This document shows, piece by piece, positions 1-9,405 of a stretch of DNA of 64,000 nt. Position 1 is the stretch's first letter, and each line of letters opens with the position of its first letter. The notes below the pieces were generated by a model, which saw only the letters and a list, made by a program, of their open reading frames with translations, was not told the DNA's origin and made no database searches. This stretch comes from Gemmatimonadales bacterium (GTDB lineage Bacteria; Gemmatimonadota; Gemmatimonadetes; Gemmatimonadales; GWC2-71-9): the NCBI GenBank assembly GCA_037189525.1, contig JBBCJC010000002.1, positions 960,001-1,024,000 on the forward strand. Direction: 5' to 3'. Position numbers and translations under genes: made by a program.

Positions 1-1690
1 GGTTCTTCCACGCCACCTGGAGCTGGCCGAAGACGCCGACGGAGATGTTCTCGACCTGGTCGTCGCTCCCCAGCCGCGTTGCCGCACCGATGATGGAAGT
101 GATATCGGAGGACGGGAAGATCTGGCCCGAGGCGCCGAGCGACGTGAGGTTCTGGCGGTAGTACTGCGCACCAGCCGAGGTCGACAGCTGGAGGGAGGAG
201 CCCAGTTCGCGGGTTGCCGTCGCGCTGTAGTCCACCGTCGTGCTCACGAGCCCGCGTTGATTGTAGCTCTTGGCGCCCTGGGCCTGGGCCGGACTGAAGA
301 ACACACTGCTTTCCGGGCCCATCCGTCGGGTCAGGCTGATCGCGTCGGTCCGGCTCAGGTCCAGGCCCACCTTGAGTCGATGACTCAACCAGGAGGCGGG
401 CCGGTGACGCAGCTCGCCGCCGGTGGTCAGACGATCGACGTTCTCCAGGAGTTCGAACTCCCGTTCCCAGATTTCCGAAGGCGCGGTGAAAAATCCGCGC
501 TGGGGCAGGTCGCGCACCTGAGGCCGGCTGAGCACGGTCCCGAAGATGTAGTTGCTGTTCGGAAAGGAGGTCCTGAGCGTGTTGAAGCCGAGCTGGATAT
601 TCGCATCCCACGCGGCGCGAGGCGATACACTCAGGTTGAGGCGCGCACCGTATTTCTTGGACCAGTTGGAGCCGATGGCGCCCTGGTCGTCGTCATAGTG
701 GACCGCGGCGAAGTACTGGGCGCCCTCGCTGCCGCCGCTCACGTCCAGCGAATATCCCTGGAGAAGACCGGTTCGGAATAGCGGGGTGCCCCGATCGGTT
801 TCCTGCTGGGCAATGTTGAACTCCACCACCTCGCCGTTCGGCTGGCGAAAGTAGTTGATGGGCCAGCGTCCTTCGGGATCCGCGACGAACGCGGCGCCGG
901 TGCGGGTCGAGAGCTGGACCTGGGTTGCTCCCGGTTTGCCACGGCGCGTGATGATCTGGACCACGCCACTCGACGCCTCCGTGCCGTAGAGCGTCGCGGC
1001 CGCCGGGCCCTTGATGATCTCGATCGATTCGATGTCATCGGGGTTGAAGTCGTTCAGCCGGGAGGTCGCACCCGTCCCGCTGCCGCCGGTCGGAGAGCGA
1101 TCGTCCACGCGGACGCCGTCGACGTAGATGAGCGGAGTGAGCCGAAGCGAGAGCGACGACCGCCCGCGGATCATGATCCGTTCGCCGCCGCCGACCAACC
1201 CGCCGGGCGGGGTGACCTGAACGCCAGGCGCCCGCGCGTTCACGAGCTGACCGATCGACAGCACGGGCGCCGATTCCAGTTGCTCGGTCACCCGCACCGT
1301 TGCCACGGCGTTGGCGATCTCGCGGCGCTGCTGGCCCTCGCCGGCGGTGCCGGTGATGACGATGTCGTCGAGGGTCACCGCCATGCGGGTCAACTCGAGG
1401 CGGAGATCGGTCCGGCCCACGGCCACCGTGGTTTCCAGGGGGCGGAACGGGATCAGCCGCACCACGAGTGTCACCGATCCGCCGGTTAATCCACGCAACT
1501 CGAACCGACCCTCGGGATCGGTTCTGGCGGACAGGGTTCCGCCGCGGAGCGACACCACGGCTCCCGCGGCTGGTGCGCCGGTATTGTCGACGACGACGCC
1601 CGATACGGCTCCCTGCTGGGCTGCGGCAGGGAGCGTCCAGAGCAATGCCAGAACCGCCACGACACTGAACCATCGCAGGCGTGCCACCAT
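1..1690 (-). CDS. SusC/RagA-like TonB-dependent outer membrane receptor (5' part; runs off left edge)
   Basis: Not in the ORF track. Manual translation from ATG 1690 (AAGGA upstream): signal peptide MVARLRWFSVVAVLALLWTLPAAAQQ, carboxypeptidase-regulatory-like domain, LDDIVITG, plug motifs PLIYVDGVR and FNPDDIESIEIIKGPAAATLYGTEASSGVVQIITRRG. Confidence 0.93.
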   Translation of the reverse strand, partial: MVARLRWFSVVAVLALLWTLPAAAQQGAVSGVVVDNTGAPAAGAVVSLRGGTLSARTDPEGRFELRGLTGGSVTLVVRLIPFRPLETTVAVGRTDLRLELTRMAVTLDDIVITGTAGEGQQRREIANAVATVRVTEQLESAPVLSIGQLVNARAPGVQVTPPGGLVGGGERIMIRGRSSLSLRLTPLIYVDGVRVDDRSPTGGSGTGATSRLNDFNPDDIESIEIIKGPAAATLYGTEASSGVVQIITRRGKPGATQVQLSTRTGAAFVADPEGRWPINYFRQPNGEVVEFNIAQQETDRGTPLFRTGLLQGYSLDVSGGSEGAQYFAAVHYDDDQGAIGSNWSKKYGARLNLSVSPRAAWDANIQLGFNTLRTSFPNSNYIFGTVLSRPQVRDLPQRGFFTAPSEIWEREFELLENVDRLTTGGELRHRPASWLSHRLKVGLDLSRTDAISLTRRMGPESSVFFSPAQAQGAKSYNQRGLVSTTVDYSATATRELGSSLQLSTSAGAQYYRQNLTSLGASGQIFPSSDITSIIGAATRLGSDDQVENISVGVFGQLQVAWKN

Positions 1691-1773
1691 GCCCGATCCT
1701 TTCTGTGCGTGAGGACAGCCCGAGGCCGGAATCAGCCCCTTCCTCGGTCTACAATATGGTCAACCTTAATTTC

Positions 1774-1802
1774 ACGATACCTGAATCATAGGGAGCTGGC
1801 AA
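1774..1802 (-). promoter_or_regulatory. Putative sigma70 promoter of the SusC-like gene
   Basis: Minus strand TTGCCA-17 bp-TATCGT in an AT-rich intergenic patch. Confidence 0.5.
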
Positions 1803-1945
1803 GAGGTGCCAATCGGTGAGCGTGGAAAGCGAAACGCCGGCCATCGGGGCCGGCGTGGTGACGGGGTTACGGGAACGGCTCGTTCGATCGGTGATGTGAG
1901 CAGCCCGGTACGGGCGCCTGTCCAGTCGGGTGGCGGCCTCGCCGG

Positions 1946-2770
1946 TTAGAAACTCCCGCGTTCTCCGGCTGTCGCAATCACCCGCCGGAATCGGTCCGCG
2001 GCTTGCCGCCAGTTGCGCACGGCTGCGCGTTCGGCGGCCTCGGAATCGCCGGCTCTGATGGCATCGATGATGACCTGATGCTCCGTGATCGAACTGGTGA
2101 CGGGTCCGGGGAGGGTTGCGGCTCCCATGGCACTCGCGTAGGCGCGCCCGTATCGCTCATGCTGCGAGCCGACCGCTGCGCACAAAGTGCGCAATCGCGG
2201 GCCCCCGGCCGTGTCGATGTAGCAATTGTGCAGCTGCTGATCGATCTCGTAGAGTGCGGCGGCGGCTTCGGCTCCGGACGGATGGGCACATACCTGGTCC
2301 GGTGTCATGCCAGACGAGAGGGCGGCTTCCTCGTCGATGCTGGTGTGGATCAGTCGATGGAGCTGGTCGTTCAGCCGTTGCATGTTGTCCGCGATGCGCA
2401 GCCGCTCGACCGCCTGCAGACGTGCCGCTTGCTCGGCGGCAGCCCCGTTCAAGGCGGCTGCCAGCGTATAGATGTCGTCCATGTCGGCGACGGTGAGCGG
2501 AGTGACGACCGCGCGCGTGTACAGCCCGGCGCTCGTCGGTTGGATGAACCCCTCATGGCTGAGCCGCTGCAGCGCCGAGCGGAGGCTACCCCGACTCACC
2601 TCCAGGCGTTCGGCGAGGCGGCGCTCGATCAGGGGGGCGCCCGGTGCCAGGACGCCCTGAATGATCATTGCGCGGAGGTCATGATAGGCATCATGGACCG
2701 TCGTGGTCCGCGTTCCGTTCCGGCTGCGGCTGCTCGTGCGTGGGGTGGGGCGTTTCGTCGGCATGCTCAT
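1946..2770 (-). CDS. GntR/FCD family transcriptional regulator
   Basis: wHTH LRAMIIQGVLAPGAPLIERRLAERLEVSRGSLRSALQRL; FCD C-terminus EHQVIIDAIRAGDSEAAERA. Confidence 0.9.
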   Translation of the reverse strand: MSMPTKRPTPRTSSRSRNGTRTTTVHDAYHDLRAMIIQGVLAPGAPLIERRLAERLEVSRGSLRSALQRLSHEGFIQPTSAGLYTRAVVTPLTVADMDDIYTLAAALNGAAAEQAARLQAVERLRIADNMQRLNDQLHRLIHTSIDEEAALSSGMTPDQVCAHPSGAEAAAALYEIDQQLHNCYIDTAGGPRLRTLCAAVGSQHERYGRAYASAMGAATLPGPVTSSITEHQVIIDAIRAGDSEAAERAAVRNWRQAADRFRRVIATAGERGSF

Positions 2771-2911
2771 CCATCATGAAGGCACCCTAACCTATGCGAA
2801 AAACGGTCCTTGGGGAGTCCCGGAGGGTCTGTCGAGGGCCGTCTTGCGGAAAGTTACATCCCGGCGTTATTGTCGTCAAAAAGGTTAACCATTTTGAGAC
2901 GAGGTCCTCCG

Positions 2912-4270
2912 ATGGCATCGGTCCGGTTCCTTTCAGGTCCTACCACCCTGGCCTTTTCGATCGTCGTCGCCGCCTCATCGACGCTTCAAGCCCAGCAGGG
3001 CGACCCCGTGACTCGCGCGGTTGACTCCCTCTTCACGGGATGGGCCAAGCCGGGTGCTCCGGGGTGCGGACTCGGCGTGATCCGGGATGGGAAGTTCGTC
3101 TACCGCGCCGACTACGGCACGGCCGACCTGGCACGAAACATCCCGATCGGCACCCGGACGACCTACTACATGGCGTCGGTTTCCAAGCAGTTTGCGGCGG
3201 CCGCAGTGGCGCTTGCCTCGCTGCAGGGACATCTCTCACTCGACGACGAAGTGCGCAAGTACATTCCGGAACTCCCGGCCTACGCCGCCGGGATCACGGT
3301 TCGTCATCTCGTGCACCACACCAGCGGGTTGCGCGACTATCTGGGGCTACTCGGTCTGGCCGGCCGACTCGATGCGGTTCACGACGACGCTGCGGTGATC
3401 CGGCTGATCAGCCAGCAGCGGGCGCTCAACTTTCCCATGGGCACCCGCTACTCGTACAGCAACTCGGGCTACATGTTGCTGTCGGTCGTGGTGAAACGGG
3501 CCACCGGGCGCTCGCTCCGCGATTTTGCCCAGCAGGAAATGTTTGGCCCGCTCGGCATGCATGACACCTACTTCTACGACGACCACACGGCCTCCCATCC
3601 CGCCGGTGATCGTCGGACCATCGGGTATCAGCCGACCCGCGGGGGAGGATTCGAAAGCGGTGTGTTGCCGAACTTCGAGCAGGTGGGCGACGGTGGCCTC
3701 TTCTCGACGGTCGAGGACGTGCTGCGCTGGGATCAGAATTTCTATGACGCGAAGGTGGGTGGAGCGCGCTTTCTGGATCTGATTCACACCACCGGCCGGC
3801 TGGCTGACGGAACTGCCCTGGAGTACGCGTTTGGGCTTCAAGTCACGAACTATGGCGGGCTGCGGTTAGTGACACACGGAGGCTCATTCATGGGCTATCG
3901 TACGGTCATCCACCGGTTCCCGGAACAGCGGTTCTCGGTCGTGGTCCTCTGCAATCTGGGAACGGCATCGCCCGAGCAGCTGGCCTCAGCCGTTGCGGAT
4001 CTCTATCTCGCCGATGCACTCCAGCGGGCACAGCAGGATCTCGCCGGCGAATATCGGAGTGGCGAGCTCGACGTCACTCGACGGATCACGATCAAGGAGG
4101 GGCGGCTGTTCGCGCACGATGCGAGCGGCGAGGTGCCACTCCGGTCGCAGGGTAAGGACGTCTACGGGATGCGAGGCGCGACGGTGCGTTTTACCCGCGA
4201 GAATGGACGGGTCACCGGCTTCGATCTCGATCAGGGACTGATGCGGGGCTTCCGCTTCGACCGCCAGTGA
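2912..4270 (+). CDS. Exported serine hydrolase, beta-lactamase class C/AmpC-like family
   Basis: Signal peptide; SVSK, LVHHTSG, YSNSGY and HGG motifs; GAGG upstream of ATG 2912. Confidence 0.9.
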   Translation: MASVRFLSGPTTLAFSIVVAASSTLQAQQGDPVTRAVDSLFTGWAKPGAPGCGLGVIRDGKFVYRADYGTADLARNIPIGTRTTYYMASVSKQFAAAAVALASLQGHLSLDDEVRKYIPELPAYAAGITVRHLVHHTSGLRDYLGLLGLAGRLDAVHDDAAVIRLISQQRALNFPMGTRYSYSNSGYMLLSVVVKRATGRSLRDFAQQEMFGPLGMHDTYFYDDHTASHPAGDRRTIGYQPTRGGGFESGVLPNFEQVGDGGLFSTVEDVLRWDQNFYDAKVGGARFLDLIHTTGRLADGTALEYAFGLQVTNYGGLRLVTHGGSFMGYRTVIHRFPEQRFSVVVLCNLGTASPEQLASAVADLYLADALQRAQQDLAGEYRSGELDVTRRITIKEGRLFAHDASGEVPLRSQGKDVYGMRGATVRFTRENGRVTGFDLDQGLMRGFRFDRQ

Positions 4271-4401
4271 TCGTACCCGGACTCAGGTAGGCGGCGGGCG
4301 TCGGTCCCGCAATCGATGGGGTGCGTCGTCTAACGCCATGCCGAAGCTGCATCGGAGCTAACGTGATGCCGCCCGTTGCGGACGGTATCGCGCGCCAGAG
4401 T

Positions 4402-6639
4402 CTAATTACCGTTTCCGGTTCCCCAGAGTGCGGTGTACACCGCCTGGTTGCGTAGCACCTTCCGGACGTAGTCGCGGGTCTCGACGTAGGGAATCCGCTC
4501 CACGAAAATCTCGGGGTCGTCATCCACGCCCCGGATACTCCGCCAGCGGGCCACCCGGTGGGTACCCGCGTTATACGCAGCCAGCGCGCGCTCCGGCCAT
4601 TCGAGACTCTTGAAGGCGTCGGCCAGGTGCTCGATCCCGAAGGCCAGATTCACATCCGGCTGATAGAGCAGCACGACATCCCAATCCGGGAGCCCGGCCT
4701 GCTTGGCCAGCTGCGCGCCGAGCGGGGGGATGACCTGCATCAGGCCGCGGGCATCGGCGATGGAGCGCGCCTCGGGGTCGAAGAGCGATTCCTGACGGAT
4801 CAGAGCAGCCACCAGCATCGGGTCGAGATTAGCGCCCGCGGCCTCGTGACGCAGCGTTTCCCGATAGGGCAGCGGGTGGAGCAGGTCGATCACCTGCCGG
4901 TCGGCGCTGGCGCGCTGGGCCAGCCGAACCGAGCGGGCGTGCCAGTTGCCATCCGCCAGGGCCCGCGCCGCGGTGCGAAGGCTGGAGGTGGTCCCGGCGG
5001 CGCTGCGCTCGAAGGCGTCGAGTTCGAAGCGCGCTTCGACCCGCATGCCCAGGTCGGTCAGGGCGCGGGCCCGGAGCAACTCCGCGGGCAAAGCGCCTGG
5101 CGCGCTGGTGTCGGGGCGTCCCATCGACGGCCAGAAGGTGGTGCCCAGCCGGCGGGAGACGAGCAGCGCATAGTACGAGTCCGGCGCCCGCCGCGCGACG
5201 TCGTTCCAGCGCTGGTGCGCCGCAGCCGAGTCGCCGCGTGCGGACCAGGCGCGTCCGGCCCAGTACCGGGCCGCCAGCGCCTCGCCCGAGGATGACGTGG
5301 AAATCCGGTCGAATTCCTGAGCCGCCGTGGCATAATCGCGATCGAGGAACGCGATAATCGCTGCTTGAAAGGCGGCCCGCTGGCCGAAGCCGGTCGTCGG
5401 GTATCGGGTGGCCGCCGTGACCCAGAGCGTCCGCGCCGAGTCGTCGGCCGCGTGGTCGGCACGCAGGTCGCCGGCCAGGAAGAGCGCGGAGGCCGCCGGC
5501 ACCGAATCATTCGGGAACTTGACGGGAAGCTCGGCCAGGGACCGTTCGGCGGCCTGTCGCTGTCCGGCGCGCACCAGCAGGCGGGCCCGTTCGTAGGCGG
5601 CGCGGGCGCGCAGGTCGTGGGTCGAGAGCCGATCGAAGAGTGAAACGGCCTCGGCGCCCCGGCCCAGCCGGAGCAGCACGGTGGCGTAGGTGAATCGGTC
5701 GTTGTCGCTCAACATCGAGCGGGCGGCTGCGAAGCCGGCAGCGGCGCGTTCGTTCTGGGTCAGTTGCGCCGCTCGACGGGCAATCCGCAATTCTTCCGCG
5801 GCGGTGCGGGTGGGGAAGTACCGGTCGAAGAGAGTAATGGCGTCGGCGGACTCGTCCCGGTTCACATTGGCGGCCAGGAAGGCCGAGAGGTCTTTGCGCG
5901 CCGCAACCCGCTGGGCTGCATCGCCGTGGGCCAACCGGAGCCGGGTCGCTGCCAGCCGGGCACCGACCGCCTGGTACGCATTGATGGCGCCGCGCCAGTC
6001 GCCGGTGCGCTCCCGGGCCAATGCCTCGGTCCAGGGCAGCCGCGGCTTGGCAGCGGCGAGTGAGACCTGCCGTGCCAGCGCGGCCCGCTCAGTCGAGTCT
6101 TTGGTGACGCCCATGGCGCGGAGCAGGACCCAGTCACGAACCTCCGGCAGGTGCGCGGCCGCCTGACGATAGATCGCGGCCGCGGAGTCGAGCTGGCCCA
6201 CCCGGTCGAGCGCGCGGGCATGATAGAGGAGCCGTTCGCCCCGGGTTGCGTCGGTGGCCGTGGCCAGAGAGCGACGGGTATGGAGGACCGCTTCGGGCGC
6301 GCTGCCGCGCTCCAGATAGGCCCGCCCGAGCAAGGCGCGGCCGGCGCCGTTGTCCTCGCGATCGAGCCAGGTCTCGCCGTGCAGCAATCGGATCACGGCG
6401 TTCCATCCCTGCCAACCTGCCGCAGCCCGAGCGGCGAGAATGGTCACGGTGGGCGCCGGGGTGCCGCGGGTCAGCGGTGTGACCAGCCGGCTGGCCTGCC
6501 AGGGACGTCCCTCCAGCATCGCCTGCTCGGCGCGCAGCGCAATCGAGTCGGGCGCAGCCGAACCTGGCGCGAGTTGCGCGGCGAGTCCGAACGGCAGGAC
6601 GAACGTCGCGAATCCGGTGACGAGGCGGGAGCGGTTCAC
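4402..6639 (-). CDS. Soluble lytic murein transglycosylase (SLT domain) with N-terminal TPR-like helical repeats
   Basis: IRQES, ARGLMQV, AAYNAG and PYVETRDYVRKV motifs; signal peptide. Confidence 0.92.
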   Translation of the reverse strand: MNRSRLVTGFATFVLPFGLAAQLAPGSAAPDSIALRAEQAMLEGRPWQASRLVTPLTRGTPAPTVTILAARAAAGWQGWNAVIRLLHGETWLDREDNGAGRALLGRAYLERGSAPEAVLHTRRSLATATDATRGERLLYHARALDRVGQLDSAAAIYRQAAAHLPEVRDWVLLRAMGVTKDSTERAALARQVSLAAAKPRLPWTEALARERTGDWRGAINAYQAVGARLAATRLRLAHGDAAQRVAARKDLSAFLAANVNRDESADAITLFDRYFPTRTAAEELRIARRAAQLTQNERAAAGFAAARSMLSDNDRFTYATVLLRLGRGAEAVSLFDRLSTHDLRARAAYERARLLVRAGQRQAAERSLAELPVKFPNDSVPAASALFLAGDLRADHAADDSARTLWVTAATRYPTTGFGQRAAFQAAIIAFLDRDYATAAQEFDRISTSSSGEALAARYWAGRAWSARGDSAAAHQRWNDVARRAPDSYYALLVSRRLGTTFWPSMGRPDTSAPGALPAELLRARALTDLGMRVEARFELDAFERSAAGTTSSLRTAARALADGNWHARSVRLAQRASADRQVIDLLHPLPYRETLRHEAAGANLDPMLVAALIRQESLFDPEARSIADARGLMQVIPPLGAQLAKQAGLPDWDVVLLYQPDVNLAFGIEHLADAFKSLEWPERALAAYNAGTHRVARWRSIRGVDDDPEIFVERIPYVETRDYVRKVLRNQAVYTALWGTGNGN

Positions 6640-6724
6640 CCCCGCAATGTAGTAGGGTCGCGGGTCGGGTGAGACTGGCCGAAAACGCGATCTCTGTCGA
6701 ATTTTCAGCCCTGGCGCCGCGGCG

Positions 6725-6946
6725 TTAGGCGACGCGCGACGCGGGTGCCAGGCCTTTGGGCTGACGGCTCAGAAAAACGGTACCTCGGGTCGGACCGAAG
6801 GGGCGAGCCTGTTTGGGCAGGATGACCCGCCCGACGGAATTCCCCTGGTCGTCGTAAACTTCGTATCCTTCGAATCGGTCCTGCGTAATCTCGACCGGCA
6901 TCATCTTCACCATGTTGCGTTGACTGTTCATCGGATTGGATGCCAT
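6725..6946 (-). CDS. Small hypothetical protein resembling one beta-propeller blade
   Basis: YEVYDDQGNSVGRVILP...GTVFLSR; fills the intergenic gap; followed by hairpin GGCTGAAAA...TTTTCGGCC; start uncertain. Confidence 0.45.
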   Translation of the reverse strand: MASNPMNSQRNMVKMMPVEITQDRFEGYEVYDDQGNSVGRVILPKQARPFGPTRGTVFLSRQPKGLAPASRVA

Positions 6947-8564
6947 GACTTTCGAAAAGGTTGCACGCGCGGTAACTCGCCGACACTTCGTGCATTCGCT
7001 GGCGTGGGTGCCTGCCGGGCTGGTCTGGGTGCGGCAGGCGCCCCGGTACGATCTGGTGGTGCGCGGCGCCCTCGTCTATGATGGGCGATCGCTCGAGGGG
7101 CGAGAACTGGATGTGGGGATTCGGGGTGACCGGATCGTTGCCCTGGGCCGGCGCCTGGCCGGCCGGGGCGCCGAGGAGATCGATGCGCGCGACCGGGTCG
7201 TGGCGCCCGGGTTCATCGATCTCCATTCCCACGCGGACGGCACCCTCGACGAAGATCCTCGGCTCGAGTCGGTGGTCCGCCAGGGCATCACCACGGCGGT
7301 GGTCGGCGCCGACGGCGGATCCCGAGTGCCCGACCGGCGCGGCCGAACTCGGATGTCCGACTGGTTTGCCGAGGTGGACCGGCTGGCTCCCGGCGCCAAC
7401 ATCGCGTCGATGGTCGGACTGGGCCGAGTCCGTCAGGTCGTGGTGGGTGACGACGATCGGCCGGCGACGCCGGAAGAATTGACGCGGATGGTGGCGCTGG
7501 TCGAGGCCGCGCTGGCCTCGGGAGCGGTCGGAGCGTCGGCGGGGCTCGAATACACTCCGGGCGGTTTTGCCTCGGAGGCGGAGTTGGTGGCGCTCTGCCG
7601 GCCCTTGGCCAAACGCCGGCTCTGCTATTCGCCCCACATGCGGAACGAAGATGACCGCCTGGTCGAGGCGGTCGACGAAAGCCTGACCATCGGCCGCCTG
7701 GCCGGATGCGCCGTTCACATGGCCCACCTCAAGACTTCGGGGCCGCGGAACTGGGGCAAAATCGATCTGGTCCTCGACCGGGTCGACCGGGCCCGGAAGG
7801 CCGGGCGCGATGTCACGTTCGATCGTTATCCCTATGTCGCCTATCAGACCGGGCTCACCAACCTGTTCCCCCTCTGGAGCCGGGACGGGGGCACGGAAGG
7901 GTTCCTGACCCGGCTCGACGATCCAGCGCTGGACGCTCGATTGCGCGCGGCGGTCGAGGCCAAGGTCGAACTGATCGGCGGCTGGGATCGTGTCCTGGTC
8001 GCCAGCGTTGCGGCCGAGCCCGATCGTGGAGCCGAAGGGAAGCGAATTCCCGATCTGGATGGCCCCGCCTCGATGTACGATCGCGCGGCCGGTCTGCTCC
8101 GTCGCAATCAGGGCCGGGTCGGGATGGTCGGGTTTGCCATGAGCGAAGAAAATCTCGAGCGCTTGCTGCGCCATCCGCACGCGATGGTGTCGAGCGACGG
8201 GGGCGCGGTGGCGATCGAAGGCCCGGCCCGACGGGCGCACCCGCATCCGCGCAGCCTCGGCACCTTTCCGCGGGTCCTGGGACGCTACGTGCGCGAGCGG
8301 AAGACGCTGCCGCTCGGTGAGGCAATCCGGAAGATGACCTGGGCGCCGGCGGAGCGGCTTCGGCTCGACCGGCGGGGACGGGTGGCCGAGGGGTGGTATG
8401 CGGACCTGGCGATCTTCGACCCGGCCACGGTGCTCGATCAGGCGACGTTCGAAGCGCCGTTTGCCTATCCGGTTGGGATGGAGACCGTGATCGTCAACGG
8501 AAAAGTGGCGCTCAGGGAAGGCCAGCGGAGCCCGGGCTCCGGTCGTGCCGTAGGCCCGGGCTGA
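6945..8564 (+). CDS. N-acyl-D-amino-acid deacylase (D-aminoacylase) family amidohydrolase, probable Tat substrate
   Basis: TRRHF twin-arginine signal; PGFIDLHSH, HMRNE, HLK, SSDG and HPRSLGTFPRVLG motifs. Confidence 0.88.
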   Translation: MTFEKVARAVTRRHFVHSLAWVPAGLVWVRQAPRYDLVVRGALVYDGRSLEGRELDVGIRGDRIVALGRRLAGRGAEEIDARDRVVAPGFIDLHSHADGTLDEDPRLESVVRQGITTAVVGADGGSRVPDRRGRTRMSDWFAEVDRLAPGANIASMVGLGRVRQVVVGDDDRPATPEELTRMVALVEAALASGAVGASAGLEYTPGGFASEAELVALCRPLAKRRLCYSPHMRNEDDRLVEAVDESLTIGRLAGCAVHMAHLKTSGPRNWGKIDLVLDRVDRARKAGRDVTFDRYPYVAYQTGLTNLFPLWSRDGGTEGFLTRLDDPALDARLRAAVEAKVELIGGWDRVLVASVAAEPDRGAEGKRIPDLDGPASMYDRAAGLLRRNQGRVGMVGFAMSEENLERLLRHPHAMVSSDGGAVAIEGPARRAHPHPRSLGTFPRVLGRYVRERKTLPLGEAIRKMTWAPAERLRLDRRGRVAEGWYADLAIFDPATVLDQATFEAPFAYPVGMETVIVNGKVALREGQRSPGSGRAVGPG

Positions 8565-8576
8565 GATGCTGGGCGG

Positions 8577-9293
8577 TTAGCGGCCGCCCCGGCATTCCGA
8601 CAGGTCGACCTCGCCGACTTCCGGCAGCAGATCGGCGCGCGGCGCCACCAGCCAGCGCCCCGCTTTGAGCCGGAGTTCCATCACACTCAGATCGCCGCCT
8701 GCCCAGGTAGGGGCGTCGTTGCCCTGCGCTTCGCGGAACACGGCGTAGGTCACGCCGCCCGTGGGCTCCAGCACACCGACCAGGGTCCGGCGCGGCGCCG
8801 CAATGTTGCCCAGATCGGACGGCACCGGACATCCGGCCTGCTGGAACTGCATCCGGACCTGCCATTCGGGATCCCGGCTCTCGATCCAGCGGGCGGCCGC
8901 TTCTGCGGACGAGAGCGCCGCCAGCGCAGCTGCCGAATTGACCCGGGCAAATTCCCATGGCGTCGGATCGGCAAAGCGGCGCCGCTGTTCTTCCATCATG
9001 CGAACCTGATACTCGGCAACCTCGCGTGGCATGGACGGGTCGTATCGCCGCAGGTCCTCGACGGTCATACGAGGCGCGTCGTCGCTGCCTTTAGCAGCGC
9101 GGGCGGCGAAATCACGCCGGAATGTTTCGAATTGATCCAGATCGAGCAGGCGGGCCGCCTCGGTCCAGCGGCGGGCGTTCCAGGCATTCAGAAAGCCGGT
9201 GGCCGCTTCCGCAGCGGTGGTCTGCGCGGCAAGGGGCGATGTCGCCAGCAGGGCAAGGGCCCAAGCGGCGCCAACCAACGAACGAGTGTTCAT
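8577..9293 (-). CDS. Exported hypothetical protein
   Basis: Signal peptide ending AAQ; GAGGAG upstream; co-oriented with the TBDT gene. Confidence 0.75.
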   Translation of the reverse strand: MNTRSLVGAAWALALLATSPLAAQTTAAEAATGFLNAWNARRWTEAARLLDLDQFETFRRDFAARAAKGSDDAPRMTVEDLRRYDPSMPREVAEYQVRMMEEQRRRFADPTPWEFARVNSAAALAALSSAEAAARWIESRDPEWQVRMQFQQAGCPVPSDLGNIAAPRRTLVGVLEPTGGVTYAVFREAQGNDAPTWAGGDLSVMELRLKAGRWLVAPRADLLPEVGEVDLSECRGGR

Positions 9294-9405
9294 GAGCGAG
9301 TGCTCCTCTCGACTCGCACGGCCTCCGACATCCGAATGATACTCGGCCGGCCGGGCGACCGGTATCCGGGAGCGTCAGGATGAGGGAACGACGGCGAGCG
9401 GTAGC

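Noticed and set aside
6705..8246. 513-aa minus-strand ORF
   Set aside because: Antisense shadow of the deacylase gene; no motifs; typical of high-GC DNA
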